This document shows, piece by piece, positions 8,368 through 17,496 of a stretch of 32,000 nt of DNA. The DNA is from Staphylothermus marinus F1 (GTDB taxonomy: Archaea > Thermoproteota > Thermoprotei_A > Sulfolobales > Desulfurococcaceae). The DNA is taken from positions 1,440,001-1,472,000 of the forward strand of contig NC_009033.1 in assembly GCF_000015945.1 (NCBI RefSeq), in the 5' to 3' direction. The notes beneath the pieces were generated by a model. That model did not search any database and was not told where the DNA came from. It saw only the letters and a list, made by a program, of their open reading frames with translations. Positions within the stretch are counted from its first letter, which is position 1. Every line of letters begins with the position of its first letter. Position numbers and translations under genes: made by a program.

Positions 8368-9509
8368 AAGAACTTATTGAATATGTTTTAGCTGCTTTAA
8401 TAATTGTTTCCTTCATACCCATATTTGATGTTATAGTCACCGATTTTTCAAGAACAAACCCCCCTATAATAGAGAGTAGTACCCTAGTATACATGTCAAG
8501 CGGTATAAGAGATGTTTTAACAAATATTTCTTCCCAAGGAAACTTCACGCCTCAATTAGTCGATATCGCGGGAGCTATTTCTTCTAGACTAAACATATCT
8601 AGAAATATAGGATATAATGTTAGAATAGTTTCTTCAGGAGTCAGTAAAATAAATGTTCAAGATAATAATATACAAGTATACACGACAAGTCCTGGAAAAC
8701 TATATGTATGCATAGTCTATAATGATCTATCATATAGTAACTACCAATTATATAAACCAACCACTACTTTAGCAAATGGAACATTTCTCTACACCATAAT
8801 CCCTTCCAGAACAGACATAATAGCAGTATCAGCAATTCTAGAAACAGGCGTAGCCAGATATATAGGATACTGGATCTCGGATAACATATACGAAGCACAC
8901 GCTTATAACGTTAATAACACAGTCACCATAGCAATACCCGACACAGTTCCACAACCAAACTACTATACAGTATCCGGTTTAGAAGCTATAGACGCTATAT
9001 TAATTTACTATACACAGGGACATTTCTATAATTACTCAATAGCTAGTGGTAGCTTTATAGTTAATCTAACATGGATCCAGTACTATTCTTATTATTGGGG
9101 TGCTGGATACTATAAACAATATTTCTCCAGATACATAGCATCTTACTATGATCAAACAACAATTGATGGAATAACTTATAGTCTGCATAAATTACAGAAT
9201 TATGTGGAAAAAGACACTCATTATATATTATACGAATATTATTCTGGGAACCTTATAATATACTATGATAGTATAGTAGGGACAGAATCTCGGTTCTTCA
9301 ATATTCAATATCCAATTTACAATTTAGTATTTATATTTCTCAGAGATGCGGATAATAATATATACTATGCTGTAATTTATCCGCATGAACTATCTATTGG
9401 TGAACCAATACCTTCTAACTGGGTCACATATAAAACAACATATACGGCGAGAATAGGAATGGTTAACTATGACATAATAATAACTGTGTGGAGGAGGTTT
9501 CAGAGATGA
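8364..9509 (+). CDS. large Tyr/Asn-rich pilin-like or filament-associated protein
   Basis: ATGA overlap with the upstream gene. N-terminus MKELIEYVLAALIIVSFIPIF. 381 aa, very Tyr-rich (YYSYYWGAGYYKQYF), with many N-x-S/T sequons. No recognisable domain. Confidence 0.55.
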   Translation: MKELIEYVLAALIIVSFIPIFDVIVTDFSRTNPPIIESSTLVYMSSGIRDVLTNISSQGNFTPQLVDIAGAISSRLNISRNIGYNVRIVSSGVSKINVQDNNIQVYTTSPGKLYVCIVYNDLSYSNYQLYKPTTTLANGTFLYTIIPSRTDIIAVSAILETGVARYIGYWISDNIYEAHAYNVNNTVTIAIPDTVPQPNYYTVSGLEAIDAILIYYTQGHFYNYSIASGSFIVNLTWIQYYSYYWGAGYYKQYFSRYIASYYDQTTIDGITYSLHKLQNYVEKDTHYILYEYYSGNLIIYYDSIVGTESRFFNIQYPIYNLVFIFLRDADNNIYYAVIYPHELSIGEPIPSNWVTYKTTYTARIGMVNYDIIITVWRRFQR

Positions 9510-9892
9510 AGTCGCAGGCTATTGTTATATCAGCATATCTAGCATCAATACTTATAATATTATTGATAATTACCTACTATATCAACATCCTACCCTATTC
9601 TACGACTATAAATATTCGTACACGCAACTACGATGTATACTCGATCATATACTCAAAAGTTTCTTGGACAGCGCGAGAACTAGCATATACTATTATCGAT
9701 GAGTTAAAGGCTAGCTACGTTGTTGTAAATATAACTGTTATCAACATTACTGATCGCCAAGTTAACAGTACCGACTACTATTCAATCATTCCGAATAACC
9801 AAAATGTTACCTTAATCTATGAATACAACGTTTCCAGGCTTGATGATAATGGTTTATTCTATAGTTACTATATAAAGGTGGGGTTTAGATGA
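9506..9892 (+). CDS. small pilin-like protein
   Basis: The preferred start is ATG 9506 (MKSQAIVISAYLASILIILLII). It forms an ATGA overlap with the upstream stop and follows GGAGGAGG at 9491-9498. The track start at 9488 (GTG) is less likely. Confidence 0.55.
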   Translation: MKSQAIVISAYLASILIILLIITYYINILPYSTTINIRTRNYDVYSIIYSKVSWTARELAYTIIDELKASYVVVNITVINITDRQVNSTDYYSIIPNNQNVTLIYEYNVSRLDDNGLFYSYYIKVGFR

Positions 9893-11361
9893 AGGCTCAA
9901 CTACCCGTAGTAATAGCTATAGTTATATTGGGAGGTTTAATAATAGCCAGCTTATTCTATGTTACATCAATCACACTATATACTAAATCCCTCAGCAAAG
10001 GCACGGTTAAGAATGAATGGGACCTCATAGATCAAGAACTAGACACATTGGATCTAGTTGCACTAAAATATGCTAGTATGAAAGCCTATAAAGAGTTTAG
10101 TTCATCTTTTGACACTATATATAATGAGATAAGCTATACTCTATCTCTCGAGGATAGAAGTGCAATATATTATTCGGACTTTTCAACAGATAATACAGCT
10201 GGCCTAGTAATTATAGCGGATAATTATTATGTTGATACAAATAAGCATGTCTTAGTGCTTGAAAGCAGTAGCGATTTTGCCATAGCATATGTTAATATAC
10301 CTATAAGCGGTATTTTTTATGATCAGGTATATGTAGCTTATAGAGGAACAGCTGACCAGCACATAGACTGGTTTCAATTACGCATCCGCAGATCTAGAAT
10401 ACAGTATATGTATATACTGGGCAATGACATTAATTCTCAAATGCTTGAAGTAAGATATTATAGGAGAGGAGTTTATAGATTGGTGAAAACATCGGAGTCA
10501 GTACCTGATCCTTATGTTTATTATGGTGGTTATGATTATATTACAGGAACACTTAGCTTAGACGTGTTTGATAGAATTAATAATGTTTGGGCTAGTATAA
10601 CTTATGATAGGAGATCAACTTCTCAGAATTTATACTATGGTGTTGGAGGATATTATCATGTTGAAATAGATAAGCTTGTATTATCGGTTAATAGGGATCC
10701 CAAATATATATATGTTGAAGGCTTATATCCTGGGTGGAGAGTCGTTGTTTCTAATGGAACAAATAGTTATGAGGGAGTTGCTGATTCTTCGGGTTTAGCA
10801 ATGGTCTTTTTCCCTGATCTAATCTTTAGAAATGGAGTTATCAGTGTATATGATGATACAGGTGAATTGGTGATCTCTAAGGCTTTCGATGTTATTGTTG
10901 GAGGTGATAGGTATGTTTTTGGAGCCGGTAACTTGGCGGGTTATGATTATTATCAAGTTCTAGAGAATTTTAAGCAGTCTTTAAACAATGCTAGTTTAGA
11001 GGCATTATCTGTTCTTAGGAAGAGTGTTTTAGAAGTAATTCATAATTGGATATCTTATAAGATACGTGATGGATACTCTATTAATATTACTTATTTCAAG
11101 CCATTCTATAATATTACATTGTGGAATAATGGCTATATATCTAATGGTAGGGGATCGATCGGGTTTGAAATAAAATATTTTATAATAGCACCGGATGGAG
11201 AGTATAGAGAGTTTGTTAAAAGCATAAATGCAACATACTTTATGTCTTTTGATTTAGTTTATACGGGTTTATGCGTTGTATTTGCTTTATGGGAACAGGG
11301 AGGTTCTTGTTCCTTGATCATTTCAAAATATTATATTAAGCCCCTTCCTCCTCTGGTTTAG
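9889..11361 (+). CDS. large (490 aa) pilin-like or filament-associated protein
   Basis: ATGA overlap with the upstream gene. The N-terminus MKA|QLPVVIAIVILGGLIIASLFY resembles prepilins with Gln at +1. Tyr/Asn-rich, with no recognisable domain. Confidence 0.6.
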   Translation: MKAQLPVVIAIVILGGLIIASLFYVTSITLYTKSLSKGTVKNEWDLIDQELDTLDLVALKYASMKAYKEFSSSFDTIYNEISYTLSLEDRSAIYYSDFSTDNTAGLVIIADNYYVDTNKHVLVLESSSDFAIAYVNIPISGIFYDQVYVAYRGTADQHIDWFQLRIRRSRIQYMYILGNDINSQMLEVRYYRRGVYRLVKTSESVPDPYVYYGGYDYITGTLSLDVFDRINNVWASITYDRRSTSQNLYYGVGGYYHVEIDKLVLSVNRDPKYIYVEGLYPGWRVVVSNGTNSYEGVADSSGLAMVFFPDLIFRNGVISVYDDTGELVISKAFDVIVGGDRYVFGAGNLAGYDYYQVLENFKQSLNNASLEALSVLRKSVLEVIHNWISYKIRDGYSINITYFKPFYNITLWNNGYISNGRGSIGFEIKYFIIAPDGEYREFVKSINATYFMSFDLVYTGLCVVFALWEQGGSCSLIISKYYIKPLPPLV

Positions 11362-11363
11362 TG

Positions 11364-11374
11364 TTTTTGTTTTT
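11364..11374 (+). terminator. oligo-T archaeal terminator of the pilus operon
   Basis: TTTTTGTTTTT lies immediately after the TAG at 11359-11361, in the 24-bp gap between convergent genes. Confidence 0.4.
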
Positions 11375-11385
11375 ATCTTAATTGT

Positions 11386-12423
11386 TTATGTAGTGTTTTC
11401 TTTTTCTCCCTTAACAGCTACTAGTGATTCGTTTTCATGCACTGTTGTTTCTGGGTTTGGTGCTATTATGTATTCATTGTTTGTTTTTACATATGCTATT
11501 ATTCTGTAACGATATTTTTTATCTTGATTAAGGATTTCTTCTATTTCTCTAATTGTTTTTCTTTCTAGTTTCTTGTTTATTTTAATCTGTATTAAGTCTC
11601 CTTTTCCCCGAGCCGATATAATATCGGATAATACTAGTAGTACTCCGGGCTCAAATAGTGCAGAGGTTATTGTTCTTCCAAGCATTCTCGTTGATATTAC
11701 TGTTTTTGCACCTGCAGCTCTAACTAGTTCCTCTGTCTTAGAATCAGATGCTACTGCGTAGATGTTTATATTGGGGTTTAAATATTTGATTAGAAGAGTT
11801 GTATGTATTGTTCTACTATCATCTCTTAAGCATAGGAAGACATGTTCAGCTTTTTCTATCCCTGCACGCTTTAATACCTCAGCATTACTTGGATCACCTA
11901 CTAGGAAATCAACATCACTTATACTCCTAGGTTCTCTTGGCGTAACCCAGCCAACTTCGTCCAAGTAATTATTAGCTATCAATTCATCTATTATCTCCCT
12001 ACAAGAATCACTATCCCCAATAACAAGTATCTTCTTATTCTTCAAAGGCGCTCTCCCCAAGCTCCTCCTAATACTTTTAGACAGGAACCAATCAGCTATA
12101 ACTGATACTGTTAAAGTATATGCTAGAATACCCATAACAGCGGAGAACCCAGCAACAAGCCAGCCAAGCCCTCTAACAGGTGTAATGTCTCCGTAACCAA
12201 TAGTAGCCATAGTTATAATGCTCCAGTAAAGACTTGCAATAATATCTATCTCCTCCCTACCAGCAAAAATGTGCTCACTATAATAAAACAATAAACCATT
12301 AACAAACCATGTAGTAACAAAGAAGAGGACAACATAAAACATACGAGTCCTAGCAATTCTTTTAATGATCCTGTGCTTAGCTAAAATCCTATAAATAATA
12401 AACGACACCATAAAACCTCCCAT
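11386..12423 (-). CDS. 2-TM potassium channel with a cytoplasmic RCK (TrkA-N/TrkA-C) domain, MthK-like
   Basis: Selectivity filter TIGYGD (IITMATIGYGDITPV) flanked by two TM helices, then a Rossmann-like KILVIGDSDSCREIIDEL and a C-terminal TrkA-C-like segment. Confidence 0.85.
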   Translation of the reverse strand: MGGFMVSFIIYRILAKHRIIKRIARTRMFYVVLFFVTTWFVNGLLFYYSEHIFAGREEIDIIASLYWSIITMATIGYGDITPVRGLGWLVAGFSAVMGILAYTLTVSVIADWFLSKSIRRSLGRAPLKNKKILVIGDSDSCREIIDELIANNYLDEVGWVTPREPRSISDVDFLVGDPSNAEVLKRAGIEKAEHVFLCLRDDSRTIHTTLLIKYLNPNINIYAVASDSKTEELVRAAGAKTVISTRMLGRTITSALFEPGVLLVLSDIISARGKGDLIQIKINKKLERKTIREIEEILNQDKKYRYRIIAYVKTNNEYIIAPNPETTVHENESLVAVKGEKENTT

Positions 12424-12728
12424 TTACCTATTCTCTATGTATAAGTGAATACTGTAGCAAAGTTCTAATAAAACTTAATATTTATCGATGACCGATGCGG
12501 ATAAAACATTAGTTTCCATATTTAATGATCGAGTTTTTCGATAAACAATCATTGATGCATGCCCCGTTTAGACTTGGGCATAGTTTCAATATTCTTATCT
12601 GGGAGGAGAGGTTTTCTATTAGAAAAAAGCCTTTTTGAAGCGTGGAAATAGTGTTTTCTGGGATCAAATTTAATAACCATGAAGTAATAAGGATCATGTA
12701 GTTAGAAAGTATTTGTAGGGTGTTGTTC

Positions 12729-12926
12729 ATGAGTGAGAGGAAAACGGCTAAGGAGATAATATTAGAGGTGCTTAAGAAGGAGAAGAGACCATTGTCTCCT
12801 AAGGAGATTCAGAAAATAACAGGGTTAAACTATAATACTATTCGTGGTAGACTTCAAGATTTGAAGAAGGCAGGACTCGTTGTTAGAACTGAGAAGGGCT
12901 GGATATATAAGGAGTATGCTAAGTAA
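12729..12926 (+). CDS. small winged-helix DNA-binding protein
   Basis: MSERKTAKEIILEVLKKEKRPLSPKEIQKITGLNYNTIRGRLQDLKKAGLVVRTEKGW is a classic wHTH layout. The ATG at 12729 is preferred over the track's GTG at 12720. Confidence 0.6.
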   Translation: MSERKTAKEIILEVLKKEKRPLSPKEIQKITGLNYNTIRGRLQDLKKAGLVVRTEKGWIYKEYAK

Positions 12927-12980
12927 AATTGATTTATACCTATATAATCCAAATAATTATTTTTTAAAACATTGTTTCCC

Positions 12981-13352
12981 TTAATGTATTGCGGGGATAT
13001 TTTCTAGTACAATATATGCTATGATCGAGTAAAGTATTGTTAATAGTAGGTCTCTCAACAAGTTTTTCTTGTTAACACCTGTAATGCTTATCTTCATCAA
13101 TATTATTCCAGCAATATTTGTTAACGCATAGCCTGCGCTGAATAATATTGCGAAATCAATTCTTATCAAGCTATGTATAAGGACTGCGAACAAGTATGCT
13201 AATGGAATATTTATGAATAAATCATTCCACCATGAGAGAGGAGATAATATATATCCTGCTAAGAACACTGCTGACCTAACCACTACTTTTAACTTACCTA
13301 AATATTTAAGCGATAACAACCCAATGATCCCATTATAACCTTGTATATCCAC
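12981..13352 (-). CDS. small integral membrane protein, function unknown
   Basis: 123 aa with 3-4 hydrophobic helices and an SPLSWWNDLFINIP motif. Family not recognised. Confidence 0.5.
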   Translation of the reverse strand: MDIQGYNGIIGLLSLKYLGKLKVVVRSAVFLAGYILSPLSWWNDLFINIPLAYLFAVLIHSLIRIDFAILFSAGYALTNIAGIILMKISITGVNKKNLLRDLLLTILYSIIAYIVLENIPAIH

Positions 13353-13464
13353 CCGTATTACACATGTATTACCGGGTTCTATTATAAGGAGTAAGATAGA
13401 TCAGCTATCATGGCATAAACAATATAAAGCTTTCTGATCATTAGGTATTACCAGCCAGTACATA

Positions 13465-15048
13465 ATGGTTGATGTAGCCATGTTAAGACATAAAGATGTT
13501 GCGGCAAGATACGAGCACAAGTTTACATGGAAAGAAATAAGTGATCCAATATATGGATACACATATTTCAACAGGGAAATAGAAGAGAAAATTATAAACA
13601 GCCTCATACTTCAAAGACTAAGATATATATTACAACTACAAACAGCCCACCTAGTATATCCTGGAGCAGTTCATACACGTTTCCAACACGCAGTAGGAGT
13701 AATGCATCTAGCCGGCTTAATGGTTGAAGACATTATTTCAAAAATACTAATATATTATGGAAAAGAATACTTGGAAGACTATGATCCAGACTCATTAATA
13801 CAAGCAGTAAGACTTGCAGGACTACTCCATGATGCAGGACATGCTTGTTTTGGACATGCATTCGAAGAAGCACTACTATGGGGCAACAATAGGGTTCCCA
13901 TAGAAGTTAATAATCATGAAAAAATAGGCTATAAAATAGTGCAACTATTACTGGAGGATAAGATTAGAGAATTCGAAGACACATATGGACTGGGTCATTT
14001 ATACGATATATTAATGAGTATATTGGACCCCGATGAGCCCAGGGATAAAATACTCTTAATCATGAGGTGGTTGATAAAGGATAGCTTGTATCCAGCAGAT
14101 ATTCTTGATTTCCTACGTAGAGACAGCTATTATACTGGAACAAATGAGTATGGATACATTGATTATGAGAGACTCTACAAGAATACTTATCCATACTTTG
14201 AAAACAATAAACCTCTCCTCCTACTAGACAGGAATACTTGGGGAGAGTTTAGAGCTTATCTATATGCTAAAGCAAACATGTTTGAACACGTATATTATCA
14301 TAGTGTTAACAGAGCTTTCGACAAATTATTAAAAACTATTCTTAGAAAATTAGATGAAGAACTAGATCTTACTGGTAGAGTAAATGATCTAGCCAAGGGC
14401 GATCCATATGGGTACTTGGCTCTAACAGATGTTAAAATGTATGATGTAATGCTTGAAAAAGCACTTAATACTAATGGTGAATTATCCAAGCTAACCTATA
14501 GGTTATTGATTGAGAGGAAACCAGAATGGAAGAGAGTGGGTAGAGAATATATTTTAAGCAGTTATCAAGGATCCTTAGCAGTTAAGCATATATTAAAACT
14601 AGTATTCGATAAAGAATATCGTAGAAGAATCGCTGATAAGATCAGGGAAGAAGTATATGATTCCTTAAAGGATAAAGGAGTTGATGAATCAGATATATGG
14701 ATTGATGTACTAGATATATCACCTGTTCCAAGAAGCATTCTAATGCCTGGAAAAAGTGGTGGTGCAAACCTCTTAACACTACATATTGGGAAGAAGAAGG
14801 ATAAACAAATCATTAAGGATAGAGACGTATTCTTAGTCGAGGAGGGTATACCGTTAATGATAATATTCAGAGCATATATTAGGAGAGGACTACACAGACT
14901 AGAATATGAATCAATAGTTACCGAGAAAATAAGGCAAACAGTAAATTCAGAACTAGGAATAAATATTGACGAGTACAAGAAGATAATCAAAGAAATATAT
15001 AGTGAATTATCCCCCGAAAAATACGAAGAAGAAAAAATAACCGTTTAA
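13465..15048 (+). CDS. HD-domain phosphohydrolase of the SAMHD1/dGTPase-like group (COG1078-type), putative dNTP triphosphohydrolase
   Basis: HTRFQHAVGVMHLAG and LAGLLHDAGHACFGHAFEE match the H...HD...GH.PFSH-type metal and substrate motifs of this family. 527 aa. Confidence 0.8.
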   Translation: MVDVAMLRHKDVAARYEHKFTWKEISDPIYGYTYFNREIEEKIINSLILQRLRYILQLQTAHLVYPGAVHTRFQHAVGVMHLAGLMVEDIISKILIYYGKEYLEDYDPDSLIQAVRLAGLLHDAGHACFGHAFEEALLWGNNRVPIEVNNHEKIGYKIVQLLLEDKIREFEDTYGLGHLYDILMSILDPDEPRDKILLIMRWLIKDSLYPADILDFLRRDSYYTGTNEYGYIDYERLYKNTYPYFENNKPLLLLDRNTWGEFRAYLYAKANMFEHVYYHSVNRAFDKLLKTILRKLDEELDLTGRVNDLAKGDPYGYLALTDVKMYDVMLEKALNTNGELSKLTYRLLIERKPEWKRVGREYILSSYQGSLAVKHILKLVFDKEYRRRIADKIREEVYDSLKDKGVDESDIWIDVLDISPVPRSILMPGKSGGANLLTLHIGKKKDKQIIKDRDVFLVEEGIPLMIIFRAYIRRGLHRLEYESIVTEKIRQTVNSELGINIDEYKKIIKEIYSELSPEKYEEEKITV

Positions 15049-15161
15049 TAATAATAGACACCATTACTTTAATAAGCACTCAATTCTAGGGATTTAATAA
15101 CATGTTCTGCTATTATTAATTTATTTGAAGACATAAATACATTGATATCCTAAAGCGATAA

Positions 15162-15375
15162 ATTGAATATGTTAGAAATAGTGGTGGACAAGCTCTAAGT
15201 ATTGATGCTGTACATATTAACGATAAACTTGTTACTGTTCAAAGCATTTACGATGCTGATGATCCTGATAATTTCAAATCACTATGAAATAGGATATGAT
15301 CCAGGCACAGACAAAATTACTACATGGACTTTTCACTCAGGATACAAAGTAACAATCTGGTATATCAAACTATAA
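15162..15375 (+). pseudogene. possible gene remnant: two coding-like segments in different frames
   Basis: Frame A 15162-15287 encodes ...SGGQALSIDAVHINDKLVTVQSIYDADDPDNFKSL* with no start codon. Frame B continues to 15375 as EIGYDPGTDKITTWTFHSGYKVTIWYIKL*. Alternatively frame B is a 40-aa ORF from ATG 15253. It lies in an otherwise ORF-free ~590-bp gap. Confidence 0.2.
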
Positions 15376-15641
15376 TATCGTCACAATATTGCTATAATGG
15401 AAAAATCTAGTGTAGAGCAGAGAAAATGACATGCTCTGTAGAAAGATTATTTTTCACATGTAAAGTTTTCATTTCCTATAATGTTTCTTTGGGATAAAGA
15501 TTATTGTGTTCCAAGGTATATTTACTTGATTTGTATGTGTATGGCAATTTTCTAAGAGTTTCGGGAATGTGTTGAACTTATAGATTTAATTGTCTCTTAC
15601 TCCATAATTATTCCTATTAGAGTGAGTAGAGCTGATGTGGT

Positions 15642-15905
15642 ATGGGTAAGATTGTTTTGTCTTTGAAACATAAGCCTGAGGAGTATAGTGTTTTGATAAA
15701 GGTTTATGGTGGTGATGGTGCATTAGTTAAGGAGGAAAGCATTGATCATATTAAACAGGTTATTATTAAAGCTGGAGAAGTTAGATTGTCTAGGCAATTG
15801 TCTCCGGAACCCCTTGTAGTAGTTATTGATGCTGAGAAACCATCTATAATGGTTAAGGAGGGAACACTGCTTTATATACGTGACGAGGGAGCTGGAAAAC
15901 AATGA
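15642..15905 (+). CDS. small hypothetical protein (87 aa), first gene of a four-gene cassette
   Basis: ATG start with a TATA-like box about 30 nt upstream. Its stop overlaps the next start as ATGA. No recognised motif. Confidence 0.55.
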   Translation: MGKIVLSLKHKPEEYSVLIKVYGGDGALVKEESIDHIKQVIIKAGEVRLSRQLSPEPLVVVIDAEKPSIMVKEGTLLYIRDEGAGKQ

Positions 15906-16339
15906 GTCAATATGTAGTTGGAGGCTTTAAGCTTGAGGAATCCCGTAGTAGGAGAGGGAAGCATATTGCGAAATCAGTAGCTTACATATATTCTAGAGAT
16001 AAGGGATTCATACCTATAGATAAGGCTAGCGAATACATTGTGTCTCGAGAACCGGATAAACCAACATATGTTAAGGGGGAGGCTTGGAAGTTCTTCATAA
16101 GGCTTGGTCACGGCGAATATATTGTTTATGGATGGTTTGTACGTAATTTTCTAGGCAAAGTCAAGGGGTTTATCAGTGTATATAATTATAAGGGAGAACT
16201 TCTTTATCGAGCAAAATACTATGATGGTGTCCTTAGGAGAAGCATGGGGGACCCAATATATGCTTGGCTAGTAAGGTTATTTATTGAGAAAACCAAGCTA
16301 CCAATAAAAAAGACGAGATTAGGTGATGAGAAGATATGA
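15902..16339 (+). CDS. hypothetical protein (145 aa), beta-rich and basic
   Basis: ATGA overlaps at both ends. Aromatic/Gly beta-hairpin-like repeats (GEYIVYGWFVRNFLGKVKGFISVYNYKGELLYRAKYYDG). No recognised family. Confidence 0.6.
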   Translation: MSQYVVGGFKLEESRSRRGKHIAKSVAYIYSRDKGFIPIDKASEYIVSREPDKPTYVKGEAWKFFIRLGHGEYIVYGWFVRNFLGKVKGFISVYNYKGELLYRAKYYDGVLRRSMGDPIYAWLVRLFIEKTKLPIKKTRLGDEKI

Positions 16340-16755
16340 GTGAACTTCTCGATCTAGCTAAGAGAATGGTTAAAGCTTTCAGGACTTTTGAATGCTTTGT
16401 TTTCGAGAAGGAAGAGATCGATAAGGTTAGAGAGCTCTTGGTTCAAGCTGATATTAGAAGTCTTGTCAGGATAAGAAAAGCTGATCCAAGATATCCATAT
16501 ATATACGTAGTTGTTCCCTGGAGTAGGGAGTTTGAGAATATATGTGTGTCTAGAGTTAAGAAGATGCTTGCTGAGGGAAGAATTGATCGGGAGACATATA
16601 ATAAGAGATATAATGAGATGATCACTCAGTGTATTAGGCATTATGAGAGGGAGAGGGTAAAAGAAATTATTGAGAAACTAGAAAGATATATTGGTAAAGG
16701 CTCAGGTGGAGGTTTTGGAGGAAAAACTACTATCTTTCCCCTCGAATTCCCGTAA
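16336..16755 (+). CDS. hypothetical protein (139 aa), helical with a Gly-rich tail
   Basis: ATGA overlap with the upstream gene. Charged helical C-terminal half ending in GKGSGGGFGGKTTIFPLEFP. No recognised family. Confidence 0.6.
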   Translation: MSELLDLAKRMVKAFRTFECFVFEKEEIDKVRELLVQADIRSLVRIRKADPRYPYIYVVVPWSREFENICVSRVKKMLAEGRIDRETYNKRYNEMITQCIRHYERERVKEIIEKLERYIGKGSGGGFGGKTTIFPLEFP

Positions 16756-17488
16756 ATACTTAGCAATAGGTTATTTTCTAAGAATAATACCTATAGGAAA
16801 CATTGTTGGTTCAGCACTTATACCTATTGGATGGTTCAAAATCAAGAATTGGGGTAAAAATACTCCTTACGATTTAGCATTTATTGGTTCAATTATAACA
16901 CTTATCATACTCATCTATAGTAGTTTTATTGGCGGAGCAAATCTTCTCCCAGGAACGCAGAGTGTTCCACAAATACAGATAACGGGTCAAGAAACAGTAT
17001 CTGAGCTAAAAGAGAAGATTATCCCATATCTACAGCAATTAGTTGATTTAATGAGGAATCCCAGTAGCTATATACCACCATTAATTATGGGGTTGGGAAT
17101 TATGCTTGAATCATTTGGTGTGAGGAGATTGAGTAGAGATACTAGTAATGTTGTTTCCAAGTATTTATTCATATTAATGATTCTCCTAGCATTTCTCACA
17201 ATGCTCTCATCACCCGCAACACTATATTCTGCTCAAAACTTGGAGAAGCTTATTCCACAAGTAGAATCTGCTGAAACACTAGATGATATAACATCTATTC
17301 TATCCATAGGATTACTTTCAGCACTAATCCCGGTTCTGATCGTTAGTGGATTAACTTTTATCATAGGATTGATCACATATATTATGCTCGGCTATAAAAT
17401 ATGGAAAATAGAGGAGCATGTGAAGAGAATAAAACTATTATCTGAAGTAGAGGAAGAGGAGAAGCCCAGCGAAGAATTATTAATATAA
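16691..17488 (+). CDS. polytopic membrane protein with an acidic C-terminal tail, function unknown
   Basis: At least four hydrophobic helices and a tail EVEEEEKPSEELLI. There is no in-frame ATG before residue 121, so the start must be TTG 16691, GTG 16706 or TTG 16715. The gene therefore overlaps the upstream gene by 41-65 nt. Confidence 0.6.
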   Translation: MVKAQVEVLEEKLLSFPSNSRKYLAIGYFLRIIPIGNIVGSALIPIGWFKIKNWGKNTPYDLAFIGSIITLIILIYSSFIGGANLLPGTQSVPQIQITGQETVSELKEKIIPYLQQLVDLMRNPSSYIPPLIMGLGIMLESFGVRRLSRDTSNVVSKYLFILMILLAFLTMLSSPATLYSAQNLEKLIPQVESAETLDDITSILSIGLLSALIPVLIVSGLTFIIGLITYIMLGYKIWKIEEHVKRIKLLSEVEEEEKPSEELLI

Positions 17489-17496
17489 AACAATAT

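Noticed and set aside
1661-11361. Calling the ATPase / platform / pilin-like locus an archaellum (fla/arl) operon
   Set aside because: There are no FlaF/FlaG/FlaH/FlaX-like genes and no archaellin-type subunits. The downstream proteins are atypical, so a generic type-IV-filament call is safer.
12509-12730. 73-aa minus-strand ORF in the K+ channel / wHTH divergent intergenic region, with a 6-bp hairpin (12559-12564 with 12576-12581) and GATGA-like strings
   Set aside because: The ORF spans a promoter region, has no convincing start context and has an odd composition. I tested a C/D-box sRNA reading but found no canonical RUGAUGA / CUGA box pair on either strand.
13401-13607. 68-aa minus-strand ORF overlapping the 5' end of the HD hydrolase gene
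   Set aside because: It overlaps the well-supported HD gene and its promoter. The product is hydrophobic and low-complexity with no support.
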